Positions 54,701 through 64,000 of a stretch of DNA of 64,000 bases are shown one piece after another (within the stretch, counting starts at the first letter, position 1; each line of letters begins with the position of its first letter). The DNA comes from Sminthopsis crassicaudata. Lineage: Eukaryota. A program made the translations under genes and the position numbers. The notes beneath the pieces were generated by a model. The model was given only the letters and a program-made list of their open reading frames with translations, ran no database searches and was not told the origin of the DNA. The stretch spans positions 373,641,261 through 373,705,260 of the forward strand of contig NC_133620.1 in the NCBI RefSeq assembly GCF_048593235.1. The letters run 5' to 3'.

Positions 54701-56189
54701 ATGGTGGCTATGATGCTGGTACTTCGGGCAGCCACTGGTTCTGAGTCAATATCCAGTAGGCAGAGATGCTCCAAAAAGGTATCTGCCATGGCTGCTGGGA
54801 GCTGTTGCTTCTGGAAGAAGGCAGCACCTAGCTCCTGGGTCAAGTGGGCCACACTAGCCCTTCGAAGGTAGCCGGCTGGTCCTGGAAGGGGAGAAAGGTA
54901 GGGTGATTACAGTGGATATTGATCGATAACCTAGAACTCAATCCTTTCCCTAACTAGATTTCTCACTGCTCAAATCCTGGTCCCTCTATTCCTCTGCCAG
55001 TCTCCTCTTATTCCATTTTCAGCCACCTCATTCCCATACTCAGGGATTTAAATCCCTGAAGGACATTTGTGTGTATACAATCCCCACCCTCTTATCTTCC
55101 AACCACCCCAACCTCCTTGCTTCTCAATATATTAAACTCCCTTCATTATCTTCCTTCTTTCTCTCAGCTCCTTCAATCTCTAAGGTTTCCCATTTTGGGA
55201 ATGAGTTCTTAGGACCCTCTCCTCCTTTTCCTCCAAGCCCTCCATTTCTCGCCAGATCCTACCCTCCATGCTGTTAGACATGTTCAGTGTCTGTGTGTCT
55301 GCTGCTAGTCACCCTGGTGTTGCTCTGATCTGGGCAAGCCTCTGAGTGGCTGGTTAAAGTATTACCAGACTCTTTGTCCTCACTGCCCCACAATTCACTG
55401 AGTCTTTTCGTGACACAGGGGCAGAGTTCAGCAGCCACGGGAGCTTCCCGTGCTTGCAGATTCCCCATAGTTTAACCTGTAGACCTTGAAAGGAGGGAAG
55501 GACATTTCAAGGGGAGTTCCGAGGACTGGGAATAATCTATTTCTGGGCAATTAATGAATGAATGTAAACAAGCTGCAGAGCACTAGGCACCAGAAAACCT
55601 GGGTCCAAGTCCTGAGCAAGTCACTCCAAATACTGATAAGAGCATAGAATATTACAACTAGAAGAAACCTTAGATTTCTAGACCAACTCCTTCATTTTAT
55701 AGATAAAGAAACAGTCCCAGAAAGATCAAGGTCACAGGAGAAGTAAGTAGATTCAAACCCAGGTCTGTTTACTCAAAATTTTTCCTAAAGTAGCCCAAAG
55801 TTACCTCATCTGTTCCCCTTTGTTCCCTCATCTGTAAATAGAATGATAATAATAATAATAATCTTTCTACTTTATAGAATTCATCTGAATATGCATTGGA
55901 ATAGTCTCTTTCTAAAAGCCCAGCACTATACAGATGGAAATTATCACACAAAATGTGCACTGATCCTTTTCAAGTTGACATAGTGGCAACTTCAGTACAC
56001 TTGTCTCACTTTCTCCTCTTGGACTGTTTCCTCCTTTGTCCAATAAAGGTTACTTGAGCAATTTCGAAAGGGAATTTGTCCCCTATCCTTACCTCCTGGG
56101 GCCCCTAAGAGGAAGGATGCCATCAAGTCCCGTTGGTGCTTAGAGGTCCATGGCCCTAGTATTCCAGGAGCAAGGCCTTCTAATGACAT
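45705..56189 (-). CDS. PKLR: Pyruvate kinase L/R; erythroid R isoform 573 aa, liver L isoform 543 aa (547 if the upstream ATG is used)
   Basis: R exon 56189-56093; L exon 55269-55263; shared exons 54881-54699, 49768-49677, 49537-49406, 48964-48778, 48515-48245, 48086-47936, 47738-47586, 47483-47317, 46934-46753, 45811-45705. Motifs RRASV (PKA site), [48 protein letters not shown]. Confidence 0.98.
50045..50272 (+). mobile_element. MAR1-like marsupial SINE
   Basis: CORE-SINE head plus RTE-type tail gaaggaaatg...tctttgccaaagaaattccaaatggggtcactgaagagtcggacatgac. Confidence 0.75.
51220..53720. mobile_element. Patchwork of old CR1/L3 and L2 fragments in the long PKLR intron
   Basis: CR1-like 3' end (gaggtcccttccaattct) near 51545; L2-like segments (ctcaaggctctattctgggtcc...catcttaaactcagcatgtcc, ...aataaatgcttgattg); boundaries approximate. 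Confidence 0.55.
52746..52886 (-). mobile_element. WSINE1-like CORE-SINE
   Basis: Reverse complement of the 11999-12149 family with a T-rich tail. Confidence 0.85.
54327..54482 (-). mobile_element. WSINE1-like CORE-SINE
   Basis: Poly-T tail; TSD gatgctatcatt (54315-54326) / gatgttatcatt (54483-54494). Confidence 0.85.
55263..55281 (-). CDS. PKLR: PKLR liver-type first coding exon: ATG GAG G, with an in-frame upstream ATG TCT AAC AGC
   Basis: Minus strand gaacATGTCTAACAGCATGGAGG|gtagga; phase 1 matches the acceptor at 54881 (ME|[11 protein letters not shown]). Confidence 0.9.
55350..55452 (-). promoter_or_regulatory. PKLR: Liver PK glucose-response promoter: ChoRE, HNF4 DR1 and HNF1 sites
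   Basis: CACGGG-N5-CCCGTG at 55436-55452; GGGGCAGAGTTCA at 55418-55430; CTGGTTAAAGTATTACCAG at 55350-55368. Same order as the L4-L3-L1 boxes of the rodent L-PK promoter. Confidence 0.9.
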
Positions 56190-56244
56190 GGCTCCAAATG
56201 GTGGGTCCTTCAAGCCACATGGAGAATGGGAGAAAAAGAAGCAC

Positions 56245-56295
56245 AGGGGAGGGTGCCTGCCCCTCTTATCTGAAGCAGCCAGAGAGAAGAAAAGG
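56245..56295 (-). promoter_or_regulatory. PKLR: Erythroid PK promoter: GATA1 site, PKR-RE1-like CTCTG and CACC/Sp element
   Basis: AGATAA at 56271-56266 and CTCTG at 56284-56280, about 80-95 nt upstream of the R-type ATG; caccctcccc just downstream. Confidence 0.75.
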
Positions 56296-57499
56296 GGCAC
56301 ACCCAATGATCCTCCCCCATCCTCTTGTTGGACAGTCCCCCCACTTTCCTACCTCCAGTCTGTTTCTTTGACTGGTCCCCACCCTTTGTTGTTAGGCAGC
56401 TTAGCATAATAGAAAGAATACTGGACACAGAACTTGGCAGAACTAGCTTTAAACTCTGCCAGTGACACAAGCCACAACAACGGTCAAGTAACTTCACCTT
56501 TCTGATCCTCAGTTTCTTCATCTGTAAAACATGGATAATGAAGTGCTTCATTGAGTTGATTAAGTGATATAATGTGCTTGAAATACTTCATTTGAAACTA
56601 CTTTATGTCAGCTAATATACCTACTCAGATATTGTCAGTCGATAAGTATTTATTAAGAGCTATTTTCAAAACTTTGTGCTTGGAGCTTTGGATACAAAGA
56701 AAGGCAAAGATTGTTCTCAAGGAGTTCACAGTCTTAAGGGGGAGATTCAAATAACTATGTATAAGAAGAAGTGGAAATGGCCTTTAAGAGAAGGTATGAA
56801 GATTAAGGAAGGTTGGGGAAATTTTTTTTTTTTTTTCAGAAGATACTTGGGGCTTGGAAGAGCCAAACTAGGAATGTTGTACCACAATTCCCTTTTAATG
56901 TTCTGACCCAATTTCCCTAATTGTCCTACCTCAGTTTCTCTGCCCCAAGGCTTCAGGCTATAATCATTCCCTCTTAATGTTTGATAGATACAAGTCTTAT
57001 ATCTTAGACATCATTAGAATATTAGGAGCCTCTCTAGTATCTCTCTCCATTATGTCATCCTAGGTGCTTCCCCCCATTAGGTCATCCTCATTCCAGGTAT
57101 CTCCCTTATTATGTCATTATTCTTGTTACCATATAAAAGAATCTTGTATCTGACATTCTCATCTGGATTCTTGGAGATGATAATCTCATTCAGCCTTGGG
57201 ATCAAATCATGGATCCATTTGGTCCCAGTAAATCTCTCCCTTTCAAAAAAAAATATTAAATTGTTCTCTAATCTCTATCCTGCCTCGGTTTCTCCAGCAT
57301 TACCAGAGATAGAAGTGATTAGGGAGAAAATTCTACATGGGTGATGAAGTGTTTTGTGCCAGGAAGAGCAAGGAGACCAATGTCATTGGATTGCTGAGTA
57401 TGTTGAGAGAAGGATTATAAAGTATAAAAAGATTGGAAAGGTTGGAAATGGATGGGGAAAGTATAACATCATGAAGAATTTTAAGTACTTTAAATACTT

Positions 57500-57700
57500 A
57501 GGACAGAGCATGGGACTTGAAATCAGGAAGATCTGAATTCAAATTTGTCTCAGGCACTTATTAACCATGTAACCCTGAACAAGTCATTTACCTCTGTTTG
57601 CCTCAGTTTCCATATCTATAAAATAAGCTGGAGGAGAAAATGGCAAACCATTCCAGTATCTCTGCCAAGAAAACCCTAAATGGGGTCTTAATTGAACAAT
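57500..57700 (+). mobile_element. MAR1-like SINE
   Basis: gaagatctgaattcaaat...ctcagtttcc...gagaaaatggcaaaccattccagtatctctgccaagaaaaccctaaatggggtc. Confidence 0.7.
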
Positions 57701-57719
57701 AAATTTAATTTTGAAGATG

Positions 57720-59350
57720 ACAGAGAGCTACCACAGTTTGTTAAATAGGGGGTTGACCATGGTCAAACCTGTACTTTTTGAAGATTAGTTGGACAGCTGA
57801 GTGGAGGATGGAGTGGAATGGGCAGAAATTTGATGCAAGCTGATTAATCAGAAAGCTATTGCAATAATATAGGTATGAGGTGATCAAGGCAGTGGCAGTA
57901 TCAGCAGAAAAAAAGTTGGAATAGACAAAACTTGACAACTGGGTAGATATTGGTGGGGGGGAGGAGGGCAAGATGAAGAAAGAAAAAGAAGAACCCAGGA
58001 TGACATGTATGTTTTGAGTCTGCATGATGGGGAGAATGCTGGTTGATAATAATAGAGAAGTTAAGAAAAAGGAAGGATTTTGGGGAAAAGATGAGTTCAA
58101 TTTTGGACTTGTTGAGTTTAAGATGTCTGTCATAATCCAGTTCTAGATGTTCAATAGGCAATCAGAGAGGTCAAGGTCAGGAAATCAGGAGGTCAAGAGA
58201 GAGATTAGTACTGAATAAGTTGGCTTAAGAATCATTAGGATAGAGATGATAACTGAATCCATGGGAGCTGATGAGATCACCATGTAGAGAAGAAGTGAAG
58301 GGGGCCCAGGACAGAATTCAGGATATCTATGATTAATGACATGACTTCTACCACAGGAGAGTAGTCAGATAGGTAGGAGAAGAACCAGAAGACACTGTGA
58401 TGAGGTCTATTTTCAGAGTTCCTGGTCAGGGAATCAAATGATGAGATTAGGATTCCTGGTGGTCAGGGAGTTAGATGATGAAGTTTGAGGTTCAGGGAAC
58501 TAAATAAGAGGCTTGGCTCCCCTAAGTCCCCTTGGGATTCGACGCATGGGTAGGGAATTTTGGAACCCCTTTCTGGCGCACAGAGATCCTTTGTAAAGGA
58601 ATTTACAGACCTGAAAAGCTAAACTGATAAAAAGAAGTTTATTGTAGGTATTTGGAAGTCAGCCTTTGCTATGCATGAATAGAAAGGCTAAATTCCTTAG
58701 TGGAGAAGTCCTGGCAGAGAAGTAAAGTTTCTAGTAGAGAAATCCTGAGAGAGAGGTATCAAGTCTTCTTAGGGAAATAGGTGAGAGAGATAAAGAGAGG
58801 GTAATGCTGAAAGAGAATATCATTCCAGCAGGCAGAGGCTACTATGCTAGGAAGAGAGAGAATTTCCTTGGCATGGCATATTAACTCCTCTGAGAAAAGT
58901 AAGTTTAAAATTGGCTCTTTTATAATAGAATCCCTTTGGCTACAAGCTGAGGGGGCTAGTGGGGGGAGTGGGGGGAGTTTGAGCTGGACTCAGAATAGAC
59001 AACCTTGGAATTGAATGGATGTTCTCTTCAATTCAATAGGATTGGTATCTCTAGCTCTGAACTCAACCAGCCCCACTTAGATAACAGAAGGAAGCAGTTT
59101 GTCATGTTTCCCTCAGCAGGGTCTTTTACACAGGCAGGATTCAAGGAGAATTTGTTCTTCAAGGAGTGTTAGAGTTTCAGGGCTCCCTTCTTTAAGTGTA
59201 TCACTAGGACCTAGAAAGAAGAGAGTTTCAGGAAGAGGGTGATCAACAGTGTCAAAGACTGAAGAGAGGTCAAGAAAGATGAGATTTGAGAATCATTAAT
59301 ATCTTTGGAAAGATCTGCTTTAATTGAATAATAAGGTTGGAAGCTGAATT
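57720..59350 (+). mobile_element. L2 remnant split by the LTR at 58398-59195
   Basis: L2-like purine-rich sequence (gatgagttcaattttggacttgttgagtttaagatgtct...) resumes after the LTR at agagggtgatcaacagtgtcaaagactgaagagaggtcaag. Confidence 0.6.
58398..59195 (-). mobile_element. Solo ERV LTR, same family as 30721-31785
   Basis: Reverse complement shares ccctgaaactct at its 5' end, aataaacttctttttatcagtttag, gtaaattccttta and the ggttccctga-rich U5 ending cctcatca. Confidence 0.8.
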
Positions 59351-59379
59351 ACAAAGTGTTTTCAACATTATTTTTTTTT

Positions 59380-60800
59380 CTTTTCAATAGCATTTTATTT
59401 TTTTCCAATGATGTAAAGATAACTTTCAACATTTATTGTTTAGCCAAGTTTTTTAAATTTTTAAAATGTTTTCTTAATTGTATTTTATTTTTCCAATTAC
59501 ATATAAAATTAGTTTTCAACATTCATTTTTAGAAGATTTTGTGTTCCAAATTTTTTCTCTCTCTCTCCTCTACCTTCCTTCTCCCTAAGACAATAAGCAA
59601 TTTGATATAGGTTATACATGTACAATCATTTTAAACATATTTCTACATTAATCATGTTGTCAAAGAAAAATCAGAACAAAAGGGAAAAAAACCACATGAA
59701 AGAAGAAGTAAGCAAACAAACAAATAAAAAAGATGAAAATAGTATGTTTTGATCCACATTAAGTCTCTATAGTTTTCTCTCTGGGTGCAGATGGCATTTT
59801 TCATCCCAAGTCTATTGGAATTGAGGTGAATTATTGTATTCATGAGAAGAACTAAATTTATCATATCAATATTCATTTTTGTAAGATTTTGAGCTCCAAA
59901 TTTTTTCCCATCCTCTCTTCCTCTCCTTCTCCCACAAACCAAATCTAACATAAGCTATAATGTGCAATCATGTTAAACATCAGACTCCAAAAAGTTAAAA
60001 ACAGATAGAGAAGGAAGTAGAGGTTCCTATTGTAAATAACCTTCTCAAGGAATTTAGCCCTCCAGAAAAAAAGGCAGGGAGGAAAAATAAGAGGATAATG
60101 CAGAGGAATGGATCAAGTGAGAATTTTTTGAAGATGAAGATGACAGGAGCATATTTGTAGACACTAGGGAAGCAATCATGCTAGAAGATGAAATCTGCTA
60201 GAGAAGATGGGTTGGAATGGCACCATTTGTGCATCTACAGGGGTTTGTCTTGGCAAGTAGATCCACTCCTTCATGTGAAACAGGGGTAAAGAAGATGAGA
60301 GTATCAAAAGGCATCTGAGATAATGGATCTCATTTTTGTCATTGAAATATGAAGCAAGGTTCTCTCTCAGCTAAGAGGGTGGGTGGAGGGGGAGGATGTG
60401 AAAGGTGTGAAGTGTGATGAAAAGGTTTGGAAAAACAGATGTGGTGAATGGCATACTGAATTGATGGTTGTTTTTATCCAGTCTTATGAGGTTTTCTTTG
60501 AAAAGTTACTGAAGTATTTGTTTTTAGGTTATATATGTACATTCATTTTTTTTCTATTTCCATATCAATCATGTAGAGAGAGAGAAAAATCAGAACAAAA
60601 GAGAAAACCATGAGAAAAAAAAACAGAAAAATAAAATAAGGTGAAAATAGTATGTGTTTATATAGGTCTCTCTCTGGATGTAGATGGCATTTTCCAAAGT
60701 TTACTGGAATTGCCTTGTATCACTGAATTGCTGAGGACCAAATTGATTATATCTGATCATCACAATCTTGATGTTGTTGTGTATACTGTTAAAAGAATAT
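59380..60800 (-). mobile_element. Several stacked old L1 3' UTR fragments
   Basis: Repeated T-rich ends and marsupial L1 3' UTR words (gaaaaatcagaacaaaa...gaaaatagtatg) at about 59500-59990 and 60480-60800. Confidence 0.6.
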
Positions 60801-61494
60801 TTATTAAGCAATTACTATGTGTTAAGCACTGTGGCTACAAATACAAGAACAAAAATAATATTTGCCTAAAAGAAACTTATATATCAATGGGAGAAACTAC
60901 ACACAGAGGGGAAATGGTGGCTAGGGAGGGGAACTTTGGTCCAAAAGTTATTGAAATGAAAAGTATATATTGACACTTTCAGGAATAATGGCCAAGCTGA
61001 TTGGTTTATAGTTCTAGAACTATGGTTCTAGAATTAAAATTTGTCAGGTCAAGGGTTATGCTTTCAGTTGTGAGGAGGTTAAGAAGGAGATTGTAGTGGC
61101 GAGACTGTCATTTATCTTGAGGATATGTTCCAAAGTGCTCTAGGATTGGGGCTCTACTGATTGGGGAAAGGCAGTAGTGGAAGAAGTTGTAAAGGAGGTG
61201 GTTGGAGAGGAGCAAATATTACACTAAAGAGATTGGAGGTTAAATAGCAGAAAGGGATTTCTGGAAAGAGTGAACTGTCTAGGTCAGGGACTAAGGGCTC
61301 TAAGTTCCCAGTTTCTGGCTCCCCATCCAAAAGATGTTTTAGTATAACCTGGATAACTAACCTCTTGTGAAGGATATGATAGCAGAAACTCCTTCCTTCC
61401 TGTATCACACAGGAATATAAGTATATGATGTTGGAGGTACTTTTCAACACTAAAGCACTCTGAAAGAAATGGGAACATGTATGTTTTAAATATA

Positions 61495-64000
61495 AGTGTT
61501 TTAAGGCTTTTTATTTTTAAAACATATGCACAAATAATTTGACAATATTGACCTTTGCATAGTCTTGTGTTTCCAATTTTCTCCTCTTTCCCCTTACCTC
61601 CTCCCCAGATGAAAAGCAATCCAATATATGTTAAACATATTAAAATATATGCTAACTCCAATATGTATAAACAAATTATACAACTCTCTTGCTACACAAG
61701 AAAAATCAGATCAAAAAAAAAATGAAAGAAAGAAAGAAAGTAAATGAGTAAGAAAATAAAATGCAAGCAAACAACAACCAAAAGAGTGAGAATGTTATGT
61801 TGTAATCCACATTCAGTTCCTACAATCCTTTCTCTGGATATAGATGGCTTTCTTCATCACAAGATCATTGAAACTGACATCAATCATCTCACTGTTGGAA
61901 AGTCACATTCATCAGAATTAATCATCATATAATATTGATGTCGCTGTGTACATCTTCTGGTTCTGCTCATTTCACTTAGCATCAGTTCATATAAGTCTCT
62001 CCAGGCCTCTCTGGAATCACCTCCTGATCATTTCTTATAGAACAATAATATTCCATAACATTCATATACTATAACTTATTTAGCCATTCTCTAACTGATG
62101 GGCATCCACTAAGTTTCCAGTTTCTTGCCACTACGAAAAACAATTTTGCACATGTGAGTCCCTTTCCTTTCTTTAAGATCTCTTTGGGCTCCCAACTTTT
62201 GGGATAAGAATTAATTGTTTGACAAAAGCTGCTGGGAAAACTGGAAATTAGTATGGCAGAAACTAGGCATGGACCCACACTTAACACCACATACTAAGAT
62301 AAGATCAAAATGGGTCCATGATTTAGGCATAAAGAATGAGATAATAAATAAATTAGAAGAACATAGGACAGTTTACTTCTCAGACTTGTGGAGGAGGAAG
62401 GAATTTATGACTGACCAAAGGAGAACTAGAGATCATTATTGATCACAAAATAGAAAATTTTGATTACATCAAATTAAAAAAAGCTTTTGTACAAACAAAA
62501 CTAATGCAAACAAGATTAGAAGGGAAGTAACAAATTGGGAAAACATTTTTACAATTAAAGGTTCTGATAAAGGCCTCATCTCCAAAATATACAGAGAATT
62601 GACTCTAATTTATAAGAAATCAAGCTATTCTCCAACTGATAAATGGTCAAAGGATATGAAGACAATTTTCAGATGATGAAATTGAAACTATTTCCACTCA
62701 TATGAAAGTGTTCCAAATCACTATTGATCAGAGAAATGCAAATTAAGACAACTCTGAGATAACACTACACACCTGTCAGATTGGCTAAATGATGAATGTT
62801 GGAGGGGCTGTGGGAAAACGGGGACACTGATGCATTGTTGGTGTAGGTGTGAAAGAATCCAACCATTCTGGAGAGCAATCTGGAATTATGCCCCAAAAGT
62901 TATCCAACTGTGCATACCCTTTGACCCAGCAGTGCTGCTACTGGGCTTATATCCCAAAGAAATACTAAAGAAAGGAAAGGGACCTGTATGTGCCAAAATG
63001 TTTGTGGCTCTCTTTTTGTAGTGACTAGAAACTAGAAAATGAATGGGTGCCCATCAATTGGAGAATGGTTGGGTAAATTATGGTATATGAAGGTTATAAA
63101 ATATTATTGTTCTGTAAGAAATGACCAGGAGGATGAATACAAAGAGCCTTGGAGAGATTTACATCAACTGATGCTGAGTGAAATGAGCAGAACCAGGAAA
63201 TCATTATACATTTCAACAACAATACTGTATGAGGATGTATTCTGATCTTCAATGAAGAGAAGATCTAACTCAGATCCAATTGATCAATGATGGACAGAAT
63301 CAGCTATGTCCAGAGAAGGAACACTGGGAAATGAGTGTAAACTGTTTACATTTTTGTTTTTCTTTCCAGGTTATTTTTTACCTTCTGAATCCAATTCTTC
63401 CTTTGCAACAACAACAACAAAAAATTCGGTACTGTACACATATATTGTATCTAGGATATACTATAACACATTTAACATATATGGGACTGCCTGCCATCTA
63501 GGGGAGGGGGTGGAGGGAAGGAGGGGAAAATTCGGAACAGAAGGGAGTGCAAGGGATAATGTAAAAAATTACCCATGCATATGTACTGTCAAAAAAAAGT
63601 TACAATTATAAAATCAAAAATAAATAAATAAATAGCTTAAAACAAACAAACAAAAAGATCTTTTTGGCATATAATCTCAGTAGAAACATTGCTGGGTCAA
63701 AGGGTATGCACAGTTTGATAACTTTTTGATCATAGTTCCAAATTGCTCTCTAGAATGGCTCTATCTGTTCACAGCTGCACCAACAATGCGTTAGTATCCC
63801 AGTTTTCCCACATCCCCTCCAACATTCATCATTGTCTTTTCCTGTCATCTTAGCCAATTTTAGAGTCCTTTATGGCCTCATTTCTAAAATATATGAAAAA
63901 CTGATTCAAATTTAAAAGAATACAAGTCATTCCCTAGTTGATAAATATGGTCAAGGAATATGAACATATATTTTCAGATGAAGAAATTAAAGCTGTTTGT
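61495..64000 (-). mobile_element. Older antisense L1, split by a younger L1 and with an inverted 5' segment
   Basis: 3' UTR/ORF2 end at 61495-62187 resumes in register at 63655-63860; 63861-64000 is upstream ORF2 sequence in the opposite orientation. Confidence 0.8.
62188..63654 (+). mobile_element. 5'-truncated L1 (about 1.5 kb) with polyA tail, nested in the older L1
   Basis: ORF2 C-terminal peptides (CWENWKLVWQKLGMDPHLTPHTKI; FWRAIWNYAPKVIQLCIPFDPAVLLLGLYPKE); TSD aagatctctttgg (62175-62187) / aagatctttttgg (63655-63667). Confidence 0.9.

Noticed and set aside
56400-64000. FDPS, expected next by synteny
   Set aside because: No CpG island or prenyltransferase exons seen; the region is all repeats, so the gene must lie beyond the window if the order is conserved.

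Overview
Mammalian genomic DNA, most likely a dasyurid marsupial (WSINE1/MAR1-type CORE-SINEs, marsupial L1 3' ends, an OC1-like hAT MITE). The window matches the gene block I recall from human 1q22 and holds five complete spliced genes, each assembled by hand with consistent exon phases and GT-AG introns: ENTREP3/FAM189B (-, 12 exons, 660 aa), SCAMP3 (-, 9 exons, 347 aa), CLK2 (-, 12 coding exons plus a 5' exon, 497 aa), HCN3 (+, 8 exons, 788 aa) and PKLR (-, erythroid and liver first exons, 573/543 aa). A CpG island at the left edge is probably the GBA1 upstream promoter, by synteny only. The CLK2-HCN3 interval and the last ~8 kb are stacks of nested L1, L2, SINE and solo-LTR insertions. There are no prokaryotic features or CRISPR arrays. 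Best leads: (1) a UUG-started 44-codon in-frame N-terminal extension of CLK2; (2) a solo LTR carrying 57 nt of reverse-copied tRNA-Glu followed by a U5 duplication joined by microhomology; (3) loss of both the PPxY and PSAP motifs in SCAMP3; (4) a strong-Kozak in-frame uORF and an intronic REST site in HCN3; (5) a U1-like intronic element complementary to its own 5' splice site in CLK2; (6) an intact ChoRE/HNF4/HNF1 liver PK promoter with an extra in-frame ATG. All comparisons to human, rat or repeat consensus sequences are from memory; no database search was run.
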